This document shows positions 9,598 to 19,763 of a DNA stretch of 55,090 nt, one piece after another. The stretch is from an uncultured virus (IMG/VR IMGVR_UViG_3300049489_000201). Lineage: Duplodnaviria > Heunggongvirae > Uroviricota > Caudoviricetes. The stretch's first letter is position 1, and each line of letters starts with the position of its first letter. The stretch lies in the IMG/VR virus record IMGVR_UViG_3300049489_000201; one strand, written 5' to 3'. The notes beneath the pieces are model-generated. The model was not told the origin of the DNA and made no database searches. It saw only the letters and a program-made list of their open reading frames with translations. Both the position numbers and the translations under genes were made by a program.

Positions 9598-10814
9598 ATT
9601 TAGAGGCACAAGTAATAACATCCATCTGCAAGAACAAGGACATTGGTGTCCTGTTTTCAGAAAACGTGGATGACCTGTTTGTATCGCACGGTGATATTTG
9701 GTCAGCGATCAAGTCCTACTACCAGCAATACAAGGGTGTGCCGGATGTAGAAATGGTTCAGCAGAAGTTTCCGGACTTCATGGAAGCACAATCAAATGCA
9801 CCAACACAGTACCTCGTTGACGAACTCCGCAACGAGTTTCTTACTGCCCGCCTCAGGGAAACCGTTCTCAGGACGGGCCAGGCGATGGCGAGCCACGCAC
9901 CAACAGCCGTTATCTCGGCTTTGCAGAAAGACCTAGCAGAACTAGAGCGCTACACGACAACCGTTCGTGACCTAAACATCACTGACCCTCAACTAGCGCG
10001 AGAGCACTACATGAAGGTCAAGGAACTATCCGACCTACGTGGCGGCACACCTGGTATTCCTACTGGCGTCAAGGCGATTGACTCGTCATACGCAGGTATG
10101 CAGGCTGGCCACCTTATCGTTGTCATCGGTTGGTCTGGTAAGGGTAAGTCGTGGTGGACCGCATATCTAGCAGTCCAGGCATGGCGGGCGGGCTACAAGC
10201 CGATGATCGTCAGTCTTGAAATGTCACCAGAGATGATGCGTGACCGTATCTACACGGTTATGGGTGAGGGAGCATTCCTCAACTCCGATCTTGTACGTGG
10301 TAATGTGGATATCGACAAGTTCGATGGATTCGCAAAGCGGACATTTACGGACAAAGCAGACTTCATCGTCGTCAGCAACCAGGGTGCAGCAACGGTCAAC
10401 CCGAATCTAATTCAGGCCAAGATCGAGCAGCACCGCCCTGATATGGTAATTGTCGACTACCACCAGTTGATCAGCGACAACCGCAACAGCGAGAACGCGA
10501 CGACACGAAACATGAATGTGTCTCGTGAACTGAAACTGCTGGCGGTCCAGAACAACATTCCGGTCGTTGACATTACCGCCGCGACAGCGGAGGAGCAGTC
10601 GGACAGAAAAGACCCGCCGATGCTTCACCACGTTGCATGGTCAAAGGCTATCGAGTACGACGCTGACATGGCTATGGCAGTCCATAAAGAGGCAGACAGT
10701 GATATAATGGAAATTGTCGGACGAAAGAACCGTCACGGCCCATTGTTCGGGTTGTTCCTTAACTGGGACATCAACTCGGGCGTTATCACTGAAACCTTTG
10801 CAGATGACTCATAA
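9594..10814 (+). CDS. dnaB: DnaB-like replicative helicase
   Basis: Walker A GWSGKGKS, SLEM, IVDY, IEYDAD, KNRHG. Confidence 0.93.
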   Translation: MNLEAQVITSICKNKDIGVLFSENVDDLFVSHGDIWSAIKSYYQQYKGVPDVEMVQQKFPDFMEAQSNAPTQYLVDELRNEFLTARLRETVLRTGQAMASHAPTAVISALQKDLAELERYTTTVRDLNITDPQLAREHYMKVKELSDLRGGTPGIPTGVKAIDSSYAGMQAGHLIVVIGWSGKGKSWWTAYLAVQAWRAGYKPMIVSLEMSPEMMRDRIYTVMGEGAFLNSDLVRGNVDIDKFDGFAKRTFTDKADFIVVSNQGAATVNPNLIQAKIEQHRPDMVIVDYHQLISDNRNSENATTRNMNVSRELKLLAVQNNIPVVDITAATAEEQSDRKDPPMLHHVAWSKAIEYDADMAMAVHKEADSDIMEIVGRKNRHGPLFGLFLNWDINSGVITETFADDS

Positions 10815-11085
10815 AGCCATTAAGCGCTTCCAGATGGACGGAAACATCAACGATGACTCCGACATCTCACGACTGCGAGAGCAGTATATCAAAATCCTGA
10901 CCGACCAAATGCGGGACGAGGGCTATGTTCGATTATTAGACCTCGATCCCGCATGGTCGATTGTATATAACCATAAGACTGAGCACTACAGTTTTCTACT
11001 GACTGTGCATGGGGTACACTATGGTAAAGCGAAGGCAGCAAAACTTTATGGCATTTCAAACGCAAGAGAGGTTCCACTCTCGTAG
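10804..11085 (+). CDS. Hypothetical protein
   Basis: ORF between helicase and primase. Confidence 0.7.
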   Translation: MTHKAIKRFQMDGNINDDSDISRLREQYIKILTDQMRDEGYVRLLDLDPAWSIVYNHKTEHYSFLLTVHGVHYGKAKAAKLYGISNAREVPLS

Positions 11086-12115
11086 TTACACGTATCGCCA
11101 GGTGCGGAACGTGCTTAAGGAAATCGGCGTACCGATTGAGGGCGAGACGCACAACGACTTTACATGCCTGTGCCCGTATCACAGCAATCGTGATACACCA
11201 GCCATGACAGTTAGCACGACAAAGGGCACGTTCCACTGTTTTAGTCCTCAGTGCGGTGAGTCTGGCAGCCTGATCAAGTTGATCATGGACATGCAGAAGT
11301 GTACGGAATTCGTGGCGCGCAGGCTTATCGCCAAGCACGCAGCGATGACCGACGAAGAATTCGAATCCGACCTGCTTGGTGCGGTCGAGGATGCTCCTAC
11401 GTTCACAGAGTTTAGTCCTGCGCTACTGTCTGACCTGCGTGATAACCTGTGGACCGTTCCAGGCGCAAGAGAATATATGAACGGGCGGGGGTTCGAAGAC
11501 CGTACGCTAGAGCACTTCGATATAGGCTACTCATACAAGAACTCCTATAGGATGCGTATTGTCACCGTCCCTGTTGATATCCCTGATGGACGACGTATTG
11601 GATTCATTGGTCGTAACATCGACGGCAAGAACTTCAAGAACAGCCCAGGTCTTTTGAAGTCTAAGACTCTGTTCAACATCCACAACGCACGGGCTAACTC
11701 TACGGCCTATGTTACCGAGGCTAGTTTTGACTCGATGAAGATCTGGCAGGCTGGATTCCCTGGTGCCGTAGCAATTGCTGGTGGAGACATCAGTAACCGT
11801 CAGTTGCATCTGCTCGATATGTATTTCTCGCGCATCGTGATCTGCACAGACTTCGACGATAAGGAAAAGCACCGCAAGCGTGACTGTCCGAAATGTCCAC
11901 CTTTCCAGTGCCAGGGGCACAACCCTGGGCGGGATCTAGGTATGACCATCGCAAACAAACTACCTCACAAAGATATCCTATGGGCCACCTACGAACCTGG
12001 TATGGTGTACCCAGACGGAGCGAAGGACATGACCGACATGCCCGACGCACAGATACAGCAGTGCATTGAAAACGCAACACCAAACTTCATCTACCAGCAG
12101 TGGAACCTCTACTGA
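11048..12115 (+). CDS. dnaG: DnaG-like DNA primase
   Basis: CHC2 zinc finger CPYH...HCF...C; TOPRIM TEA.FD and DFD. Confidence 0.92.
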   Translation: MAFQTQERFHSRSYTYRQVRNVLKEIGVPIEGETHNDFTCLCPYHSNRDTPAMTVSTTKGTFHCFSPQCGESGSLIKLIMDMQKCTEFVARRLIAKHAAMTDEEFESDLLGAVEDAPTFTEFSPALLSDLRDNLWTVPGAREYMNGRGFEDRTLEHFDIGYSYKNSYRMRIVTVPVDIPDGRRIGFIGRNIDGKNFKNSPGLLKSKTLFNIHNARANSTAYVTEASFDSMKIWQAGFPGAVAIAGGDISNRQLHLLDMYFSRIVICTDFDDKEKHRKRDCPKCPPFQCQGHNPGRDLGMTIANKLPHKDILWATYEPGMVYPDGAKDMTDMPDAQIQQCIENATPNFIYQQWNLY

Positions 12116-12182
12116 TGTGGTATAATGGTATATAACGAGGCCACATACAGCCTCCATTACATATAAGGAGAACATACATAAA

Positions 12183-12878
12183 ATGGGACTAATCGAAGGG
12201 CTAGCAGCCCTACAGAAACTGTCGGAGCCATATGAATCCGGCGAGAAGACCACCTGGCTAAAGGTGGCAGACGGCGAGTCCGTCCAGATTTACTTTTTGC
12301 AGGAACTAGATGCTAGTTCCCCCCGCTATTCAGCGAAGAACGGCCTTGGCCTCGCAGCAGGCGAGCACGTTTCACCAGAAAACTTCATGGTAAAGTGCCT
12401 ATGCTCTATGTCTGATGAAGATCGCTGCTACGGTTGTGAGCAGTACCGCCTGGATTACCAGAACACCCCGAAGGGCGAAAAGCCTTCTGCTCGTTGGCGT
12501 GCAAAGACACGTCTTTACATCAACGTATTGGTAAAGCCAAAGGACGGTTCAGATCCTTACGTTGCTGTTATGTCGCAGGGCTTTGGTCCTAAGGCTGTCG
12601 GAGACGATATCGTCAATATCGCTACGGTCAACAAGACTCTTACTGACCGTGCCTACACTCTCAAGCGTACTGGCGAAAAGAGGGACACGTCGTGGACCCT
12701 TACTCCATCATTTGATGCAGACCCTAAGTTCAAGCCAGAGGATTACGAGGTATACGATCTTAAGACCGTTGCTACTCGTAGCGTCCCTTACGCTGAGCAG
12801 GAAGAGTTTTTTGGTGGCGGCATTATCGTCGCAGCACCAGCGCAGGCAGCAACATCGCCTCACGTTGAGTGGAACTGA
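12183..12878 (+). CDS. Single-stranded DNA-binding protein (gp32-like)
   Basis: H..., C.C...C..C zinc ligands; KRTGEK.DT.W; own promoter and AAGGAG RBS; lies between primase and polymerase. Confidence 0.75.
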   Translation: MGLIEGLAALQKLSEPYESGEKTTWLKVADGESVQIYFLQELDASSPRYSAKNGLGLAAGEHVSPENFMVKCLCSMSDEDRCYGCEQYRLDYQNTPKGEKPSARWRAKTRLYINVLVKPKDGSDPYVAVMSQGFGPKAVGDDIVNIATVNKTLTDRAYTLKRTGEKRDTSWTLTPSFDADPKFKPEDYEVYDLKTVATRSVPYAEQEEFFGGGIIVAAPAQAATSPHVEWN

Positions 12879-12890
12879 TCAAGTGCTATA

Positions 12891-12922
12891 GTAGGAGGGT
12901 CGGCTTCGGTCGGCCCTCCTAC
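12891..12922 (+). terminator. Strong UUCG hairpin (terminator/attenuator or leader element)
   Basis: GTAGGAGGGTCGGC-TTCG-GTCGGCCCTCCTAC; weak U-tract. Confidence 0.6.
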
Positions 12923-12939
12923 CCGTTTGAAGGAAACTA

Positions 12940-15900
12940 ATGGATTTCGTACACCTACACAATCACAGCCACTACTCCCTGCTTGATGGGCTAAACACAC
13001 CTACTGAGTTGGTCGAGGCAGCGCGCGACTTTGGGCAACCTGGAATTAGTCTAACTGACCACGGTGGTCAGGCTGGATGGAGAGAACTACAGCGTGCCGC
13101 GAAGGCGGCGGGGATCAAGCCGATCCTAGGGCTAGAAGCATATTTCTCCACCACAGACAGATTCGACAAGCGCAGTAAGGCCAAGCGCTCTGACGGCGAT
13201 GCTGTATACAACCACCTTATTCTACTTGCCAAGAATCAGACAGGCACCAGGAATATCAGTCGTATGTCTGAGGAAGCCTGGAAGACAGGGTTCTACCAAA
13301 AGCCACGAGTGGATTCCGAACTACTGGAAACATACCGCGAGGGCGTAATCGTGCTGTCCGGATGCCTTAGCGGACCAATCACTAAGGCTATCGTCAACGG
13401 TGATATGGAAAAGGCCGAATACTGGGTTAAGTGGTTCAAGGAAACCTACGAGGAAGACTTCTACATCGAGGTTCAGGCACACAACCCTCCCGAGGTAAAC
13501 GGCAAACTACTTGAGTTTGCTGACATGTATAGCATCGAGCCTGTTGCTACGTCAGACTGCCATTACGCTAAAAAGGAAGACGGGTGGGTCGAGGAGGCCC
13601 TACTGATTCTTTCCAGCAAGCCAAAGCAGGCAGACGAAATGTCATGGAAGAACACCAACCAGATCAAAGATATCTATGAGCGCTTCAACGCTCTGTATCC
13701 TGATAGACGAATGTCGTTCCAAGACTTCAACCTATACGTGCAGTCTCGTAACGAACTAGAACAAGACTTTGCCAAGCAGTGTGACCGTACGGATATCTTT
13801 GACAACACCATTGCCATTCTAGACAAGGTTGGCGAATACGAATACAAGGAGAATCTAAATGTCCTACCGAAGCCGAAGGCTGACCCGCTCACTGAGTTGC
13901 GCCGCCTATGCATGGACGGTCTGGTCCGTCTCGGAGTCTCGAAAGACGAGCGCTACCTCAAGCGCCTGGAAATCGAACTGGCAATCATCGAGAAGAAGAA
14001 TTTTGCACCGTACTTCCTGATCGTCGCTGACCTCGTACAAGAGGCTAAGCGACGTGGCATTCTCGTTGGTCCTGGCCGTGGATCTGCTGCTGGATCGCTT
14101 GTGGTTTACAGTCTTGATATCACCACCATCGACCCGATTAAGCGCGGACTGCTGTTCGCTCGTTTCATCAACGAAGAGCGTAACGACATGCCTGACATCG
14201 ACGTTGACATTCAGGGTAGTCGCCGTAATGAAATGAAGGACTACATGGTTGGCAAGTTTAAGAATGTAGCCTCTGTTTCAACGTATACATATTTCGCGGA
14301 AAAGGGTGTCATTAAGGACGCCGCTCGTGTGTTCGGAATTGATCTTTCCGAGGTCAACAAGGCTACCAAGTCTATCGTGACCTTTGAGCAATTCATGGAC
14401 AGCCCGAATACAAAGGCGTTCCGTGATAAGTACCCTGAGGTTCTAGACCTGGCACAGCGCCTTCGTGGCCGTATCCGTGGGTCTGGAATGCACGCGGGTG
14501 GCCTGGTCGTGGCGAATAAGCCACTAAACCAGTTTGCTCCTATTGAGACACGTAGTTCAACTGACGATGACAGCAAAGAGCGTATCCCTGTGGTTGCGGC
14601 GAACAAAAAGGAAATCGCTAATATCGGTCTGATCAAGATCGACGCCCTGGGTCTAAATACTCTGGACGTTGTGGCAGATGCCGTGCGTCTAATCAAGGAA
14701 CGACACGGTATTGAGATTGATCCACTGACAATCAGCGTAGACGATCCTAAGGTCCACGCAATGATTGCTGCTGGATACACTAAGGGTGTTTTTCAGGCTG
14801 AGGCAGGACCGTCTACAAAACTGCTGATGGACATGGGTTGCGACAACTTCGGCGACCTAGTTGCGTCTAACGCGCTCGTTCGCCCTGGTGCTATGAATAC
14901 CGTTGGTGCCTCGTATGTCGCGCGTAAGCAGGGGCGAGAGCAAGTTAAGACACCGCACCCAATCCTAGATGAAATCACCAAGGAAACATATGGCGTTATC
15001 ATCTACCAGGAGCAGGTCATGCTCGCGTGTACCGAACTGGGTGGATTCTCCTGGTCTGAGGCTGATGAGATCCGCAGCATTATCGGTAAAAAGGAAGACC
15101 CGCACAAGTTCGATGCATTCAAGCAGCGCTGGCTAGATGGTGCGTCAAAGAATATTACTGTCGAGCAGGCAGAAGAACTATGGCACGATTTTGAGGCCCA
15201 CGCTGGCTACTCGTTCAACAAGTCGCACGCTGAGGCTTACTCGACAGTATCCATGTGGACTGCCTGGTTGAAGTATTACTACCCTCGTGAATACATGACT
15301 GCGCTACTTCGCAACGAGCCAGACAAGACGAAGGTGACGGGATATCTGATCGAGGCCAAGCGCCTTGGCATTACTGTCAGGCTGCCGCACATCAACTATT
15401 CTGGGCTGAACTTCGAACTAGAGGGTGACGCTATCAGAATGGGGCTGGGCAACATCAAGTTTGCTTCGGCTAAGACCGCGCCGCCTGTTATTCGTCACCG
15501 TCCGTACAAGTCGTACAAGGAATTCTATGACATTGCTTCGGCGGAAGGATCAGGAATCAACAGCCGTCTCGTGGGTGCATTCAACGCCATTGGTGCGGCG
15601 ACATTCGATGACAACCCATTGACTGGTAACGAAATCGATAACTTCTACGAGTACCTGTCGATTCCTAAGTTCAACACGTCAAATATTCCTCCGCAGATCA
15701 TCGCTATGATCCGCGAGGCGCACGACTACGAAGACGAAGGAACGTTCGTCGTCCTTGCTATGGTAACTGCCATTAAAAAGGGCAAGGGCTGGACGCTTAT
15801 CAACCTTGTGGATCAGTCTGGCGAGGCATCTGTATTCGCTGGTGGTAACTCTACTATTGAGAAGGGAGTTATGTATCTGATGCTCGTGTCAGAAAACAGG

Positions 15901-16242
15901 GTTAAGCAGTTTATCCCCGCCCACGAGGTTACTGATGAGACAGATATCGGGTTTGTACGATACGTTCTGAACCCGCCTAAATTGAAGCAGGGTCGCCACT
16001 ATGTGGTAGACTTTGAGGCGTACAAGACCAAGGCCGGGAAGCAAATGGCATACGTCGTGCTTGGAGACGAGCATGGAGATATGCAGCGGGTCATGGTCTT
16101 CGAAGACCTCTACCGAAAGGCGATGGGAGCAATGGCTCCCGGCAAGTCGCCTAAACTAACTCTGGCTCGTTTGAAGTCAGGGGCACTATTTGTAAAGGAT
16201 ATCATTGATGACAGAATCGCAAACAGACCAGCAGGCGCTTGA
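12940..16242 (+). CDS. dnaE: DNA polymerase III alpha subunit
   Basis: PHP HLHNHSHYSLLDG, GPGRGSAAGS, PDIDVD, YSFNKSH; no intein. Confidence 0.97.
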   Translation: MDFVHLHNHSHYSLLDGLNTPTELVEAARDFGQPGISLTDHGGQAGWRELQRAAKAAGIKPILGLEAYFSTTDRFDKRSKAKRSDGDAVYNHLILLAKNQTGTRNISRMSEEAWKTGFYQKPRVDSELLETYREGVIVLSGCLSGPITKAIVNGDMEKAEYWVKWFKETYEEDFYIEVQAHNPPEVNGKLLEFADMYSIEPVATSDCHYAKKEDGWVEEALLILSSKPKQADEMSWKNTNQIKDIYERFNALYPDRRMSFQDFNLYVQSRNELEQDFAKQCDRTDIFDNTIAILDKVGEYEYKENLNVLPKPKADPLTELRRLCMDGLVRLGVSKDERYLKRLEIELAIIEKKNFAPYFLIVADLVQEAKRRGILVGPGRGSAAGSLVVYSLDITTIDPIKRGLLFARFINEERNDMPDIDVDIQGSRRNEMKDYMVGKFKNVASVSTYTYFAEKGVIKDAARVFGIDLSEVNKATKSIVTFEQFMDSPNTKAFRDKYPEVLDLAQRLRGRIRGSGMHAGGLVVANKPLNQFAPIETRSSTDDDSKERIPVVAANKKEIANIGLIKIDALGLNTLDVVADAVRLIKERHGIEIDPLTISVDDPKVHAMIAAGYTKGVFQAEAGPSTKLLMDMGCDNFGDLVASNALVRPGAMNTVGASYVARKQGREQVKTPHPILDEITKETYGVIIYQEQVMLACTELGGFSWSEADEIRSIIGKKEDPHKFDAFKQRWLDGASKNITVEQAEELWHDFEAHAGYSFNKSHAEAYSTVSMWTAWLKYYYPREYMTALLRNEPDKTKVTGYLIEAKRLGITVRLPHINYSGLNFELEGDAIRMGLGNIKFASAKTAPPVIRHRPYKSYKEFYDIASAEGSGINSRLVGAFNAIGAATFDDNPLTGNEIDNFYEYLSIPKFNTSNIPPQIIAMIREAHDYEDEGTFVVLAMVTAIKKGKGWTLINLVDQSGEASVFAGGNSTIEKGVMYLMLVSENRVKQFIPAHEVTDETDIGFVRYVLNPPKLKQGRHYVVDFEAYKTKAGKQMAYVVLGDEHGDMQRVMVFEDLYRKAMGAMAPGKSPKLTLARLKSGALFVKDIIDDRIANRPAGA

Positions 16243-16414
16243 TCCCACCAGGGTTCTTGGTGCGATCTTGCAGCACAACGGTCCAGTCTATCTAGACAAG
16301 ACTGATTTCGAAACATACTACATGGCCGAGGGCGCAATCATGCTCGACTATGACGAGGCCACCAAAGCGGTGATCGTTAAGTATGTTACTGACGTGGAAA
16401 TGTCTGCTGAATGA
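16205..16414 (+). CDS. Hypothetical protein
   Basis: 69 aa ORF with AAGGA RBS. Confidence 0.6.
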   Translation: MMTESQTDQQALDPTRVLGAILQHNGPVYLDKTDFETYYMAEGAIMLDYDEATKAVIVKYVTDVEMSAE

Positions 16415-16737
16415 GCCTCGACCTACTAGCAGAGCGTGTCCACGCTACCGCCCGTGAAAAAGGTTTCTGGGCGGGAGATGTTGACATCAACTTCGTACTG
16501 GCAAAAATTGCCCTTGTTCATTCAGAGGGCTCAGAAATCTTGGAGGCAATCCGTAAAGAAAAAGGTGACGCGGCGGTCGTAGAAGAAATGGCAGATCTGA
16601 TCATCAGGCTGTTAGATCTATACGAAGGAATGCGTAGAACTGGATGGCTAAATGAAACAGTTAGCCTAGACCACGCTATCGATGCCAAGGCTAGGTTTAA
16701 CACGACCAGGCCACAAAGACACGGCGTCCTAGCATGA
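16411..16737 (+). CDS. MazG-like nucleotide pyrophosphohydrolase
   Basis: HSE.SE.LEA.RK...EEMAD.IIR.LD. Confidence 0.85.
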   Translation: MSLDLLAERVHATAREKGFWAGDVDINFVLAKIALVHSEGSEILEAIRKEKGDAAVVEEMADLIIRLLDLYEGMRRTGWLNETVSLDHAIDAKARFNTTRPQRHGVLA

Positions 16738-16749
16738 TATACTAGGGGT

Positions 16750-17019
16750 ATGGTAAACGCATATTTCCTAGAGGGCACGGACGACGAGTATCTGCTAGTT
16801 GTCAGAACTTTTGATCGTGACCTGGCCCTCAGCGTAATTGAGGCCATCAAGACATCACACATCAAAGAATTAGACGAAGTAGCAGAACAGTTGGAGACAA
16901 GCCTGTATGGCGGGAATAGCGGACGTACTAGCAAAACTAGATCCAAAAACAAGAAAGCGCTTGCAAATGGCGAGCGCAGTAAAGGTCGAGAAGCAGTTAA
17001 CCCCAAGCGTAGGACTTAA
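16750..17019 (+). CDS. Hypothetical protein overlapping recA
   Basis: Leaderless TGaTATACT-N6-ATG. Confidence 0.6.
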   Translation: MVNAYFLEGTDDEYLLVVRTFDRDLALSVIEAIKTSHIKELDEVAEQLETSLYGGNSGRTSKTRSKNKKALANGERSKGREAVNPKRRT

Positions 17020-17956
17020 CATTGGTCTTGGCGGCGGTCTAGCATATGGTCGCCAGCATTTGATCTGGGGCAACAAGTCGGCAGGCAAGTCGAGTTTCTG
17101 TCTGCAACTAATTGCCATGGCTCAGAAAAATGGTAAGTCCTGCGTTTGGGTTGACGTTGAGCAGACGTTCGATCCGGAGTGGGCCAAGAAACTAGGCGTT
17201 GACGTAGATAATCTACTGATCGTACAGGAAAATGCCATCAGCAAGGTCGCCGATTCGTGCATCGAACTGCTGCAAGCCGAGGTAGATATCATCGTCATTG
17301 ACAGTATTTCTGACGTTCTGTCAAGCGCCTACTATGACGACGAGGAAATCAAGTCATTTGAAAAGACCGGGCAGATCGGCAGCCAGGCTAAGGATTTGTC
17401 TAAGATGTCTACTATGATGCTCGGCGTCAACGAGAACACCATGGTCATTATGATTAGCCAGCAGACTAATGAAATCGGCGCCACGTATACCAAGATTGGA
17501 TACAACGGCGGAAATAAGGTCAAGCACAACAGCAGCACAATTATCAAACTGTTTGGTTCTGAGTCGCAGTCGAATTTGAAGACCGATAAGGTCAAGATCA
17601 ACGACACACTAATTGACACAGTAGTTGGCCGGGAGATCATCTGGAATGTCGACTTTAACAAGACTGCCGCTATGGGACCGCGAGGAGAATACAACTTCTA
17701 CTTCGCGGGTGATCGTGAGTACGGAGTCAGCAAGAATTCAGAACTAGTTAAACTTGGTATTCGCTATGGAATCATCAAGAAATCAGGTGCCTGGTATACT
17801 GTTGACGAACAGGTGCTACAGGGTGAGGCCAAGGTCGAGACATACCTTATGGACAACCCAGACGTAGCAGCAAAAATTGAGGAGCAAATCTATGCCGTCA
17901 CTTCTGGACATGATCCAAAACTCGGAGTCGAGCCAACCGCAACCGAAGACGACTGA
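16907..17956 (+). CDS. recA: RecA/UvsX-like recombinase
   Basis: GNKSAGKS, DVEQTFDP.WA..LGVD, IVIDS, KKSGAWY. Confidence 0.93.
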   Translation: MAGIADVLAKLDPKTRKRLQMASAVKVEKQLTPSVGLNIGLGGGLAYGRQHLIWGNKSAGKSSFCLQLIAMAQKNGKSCVWVDVEQTFDPEWAKKLGVDVDNLLIVQENAISKVADSCIELLQAEVDIIVIDSISDVLSSAYYDDEEIKSFEKTGQIGSQAKDLSKMSTMMLGVNENTMVIMISQQTNEIGATYTKIGYNGGNKVKHNSSTIIKLFGSESQSNLKTDKVKINDTLIDTVVGREIIWNVDFNKTAAMGPRGEYNFYFAGDREYGVSKNSELVKLGIRYGIIKKSGAWYTVDEQVLQGEAKVETYLMDNPDVAAKIEEQIYAVTSGHDPKLGVEPTATEDD

Positions 17957-18089
17957 TCTTTCGTTGCAGTGCCGCTGCGGGTCATGGCTAACTAAGGTCA
18001 CGTATTTCAAGTGGGGCGAGTTTACCGTATACTGCGAGACATGTGAAAACACCTACGAAATTGAACTAAAGATTGGAAACTACGAATGA
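17892..18089 (+). CDS. Small zinc-binding protein
   Basis: CxC...CxxC; GGAG RBS. Confidence 0.6.
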   Translation: MPSLLDMIQNSESSQPQPKTTDLSLQCRCGSWLTKVTYFKWGEFTVYCETCENTYEIELKIGNYE

Positions 18090-18361
18090 AGTTCAGGAAG
18101 CGCCCGGTAGTCGTCGAGGCCGAGCCCATCTGGCTATTGATCGACTTTGCAAGAAACAACTGGAAGGGCCTGCCAGAGTGGGTCCAGAACGGATACGACG
18201 AGGGTAAGATTCTTTTCAAGAACGACGGAATTAGCATCCAGACGCTAGAGGGCACTATGTTTGGTCCAAGCAGCCACTTGCTTATTCAGGGCGTCGAGGG
18301 CGAACTGTATGCCTGCGAGCCCAATATCTTTGTCAAGACGTACGAGCCAGTAGATGAGTGA
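18086..18361 (+). CDS. Conserved phage protein
   Basis: KFRKRPVVVEA...TLEG...GVEGELYAC.P.IF.KTYE. Confidence 0.8.
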   Translation: MKFRKRPVVVEAEPIWLLIDFARNNWKGLPEWVQNGYDEGKILFKNDGISIQTLEGTMFGPSSHLLIQGVEGELYACEPNIFVKTYEPVDE

Positions 18362-18659
18362 AAAGTCTGAAATAAAGCGCGACGGCAGCAAAGCCCAAAA
18401 AAACTCTGGGCGGGGCAAACATCAAAAAGGTGATGCCATCTACAGAGGCTTTGTTGTAGACTACAAAGAATACGAAAAAGGATTCTCGATCACACGGGAC
18501 GTGTGGTCCAAGGTATGCACAGACGCATACACCGTGGGCGGGTTTCAAACCGATCCAACTATCAAAGTGATACTGGGCAAGGGCAATGATAAAGTCAGGC
18601 TCTACATTATCTCTGAGGAAGTATTCAACGAACTAACGGAGGGCCGAGATGGAGCATGA
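18354..18659 (+). CDS. Putative PD-(D/E)XK Holliday junction resolvase
   Basis: NSGRG..KGD...VDYKE. Confidence 0.7.
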   Translation: MSEKSEIKRDGSKAQKNSGRGKHQKGDAIYRGFVVDYKEYEKGFSITRDVWSKVCTDAYTVGGFQTDPTIKVILGKGNDKVRLYIISEEVFNELTEGRDGA

Positions 18660-18984
18660 AACAGCCATTGAATTAGTGTCCAAGATCACTGAGTTTAATG
18701 ACCTCAGTGTGCATATGAATGATCCCGATCTTGATATTGCGCTTGGATATGTGGTAAAATTAGTAGCGAACCCGGAAGTTCCGGTATTCAAAGTACCTAA
18801 CCTTATCGTCAAGTTGCAGGCAATAGCCGCACAGTGTCAGACGAAGGGTAAATATCTGCAAACATTTGGTTCCGGGGTAACTCCTGAGGAGCGCAAACTG
18901 GCAGCAGACAAAAAGAACGTATATTACACGGTTTCGGCGGAACTAGACAAACTAGTAAACACGCTGAAATACTACGCTAAATAA
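18649..18984 (+). CDS. Hypothetical protein
   Basis: 111 aa ORF with GGAGG RBS. Confidence 0.7.
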   Translation: MEHETAIELVSKITEFNDLSVHMNDPDLDIALGYVVKLVANPEVPVFKVPNLIVKLQAIAAQCQTKGKYLQTFGSGVTPEERKLAADKKNVYYTVSAELDKLVNTLKYYAK

Positions 18985-18986
18985 GG

Positions 18987-19763
18987 ATGACATTGCAGCG
19001 ACACGCTAGCCTAACTAAGCAGGTTGAAACCGATGGTTTCGATGCCTACAAGTTCGGCCTATTGATTGAAGAAACAATGGTCGGAGAACAAGGACCAAAG
19101 TTCAAGACCAAAAAAAGTTTCAGCCCATCGTCCCTTGGCTACGGCCATGGGACGTGCCCGCGCTACTGGCACCTCGCCTTTTCCGGCGCGATGTTTGATG
19201 ACACGGCAGACGCCATTGGCGTGTCGAATATGGGGAACGGGACATTTGTCCACGAGCGGCTACAGAAAGTTCTATCAGAAGCCCTTGGTGAGAACGTAGA
19301 AATTGAGCGTGAAATCAACTATACGAATCCTCCCATCAGGGGCTTTGTCGATGCCATCGTAGAATTCGATGGGGTCAAGGCGGTTGGTGAGATCAAGTCA
19401 GCCAAGCAGGAAATCTTCGACGGCCTGGCCTCATCCCGAAAGCCGATTGCCTATCACCTAGTTCAACTATTGCTTTACTGCCGTGTCTTGGGGATCAAGA
19501 ACGGTTTCTTTTATTACGAGAACAAGAATACTCAGCAATTCGTAATCATTCCAGTAGAAGTAAATGATGCACTAGAAAAGTACACGGATGATATCTTTGA
19601 ATGGATGCGCCTCGTGGACACCACATTCAAGGACGGCAAACTAGCCCATCCAATTAGCGCCAAAAGAAAGGCAGTGGCTTGCCGTTATTGCCCGCTCGTT
19701 GATGAATGCATCAAGCGACCGGACGGCGATATTCAAATAGACACCTTGACGGTATTGCCATAA
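18987..19763 (+). CDS. Cas4-like/PD-(D/E)XK exonuclease
   Basis: CPR, G..VH, G.VD, EIKS, QL..Y and C..C.....C (Fe-S ligands). Confidence 0.85.
   Translation: MTLQRHASLTKQVETDGFDAYKFGLLIEETMVGEQGPKFKTKKSFSPSSLGYGHGTCPRYWHLAFSGAMFDDTADAIGVSNMGNGTFVHERLQKVLSEALGENVEIEREINYTNPPIRGFVDAIVEFDGVKAVGEIKSAKQEIFDGLASSRKPIAYHLVQLLLYCRVLGIKNGFFYYENKNTQQFVIIPVEVNDALEKYTDDIFEWMRLVDTTFKDGKLAHPISAKRKAVACRYCPLVDECIKRPDGDIQIDTLTVLP

Noticed and set aside
18987..19763. Cas4-like gene as a sign of CRISPR-Cas
   Set aside because: No repeat-spacer array or other cas genes seen; solo Cas4-like nucleases are usual in phage recombination modules
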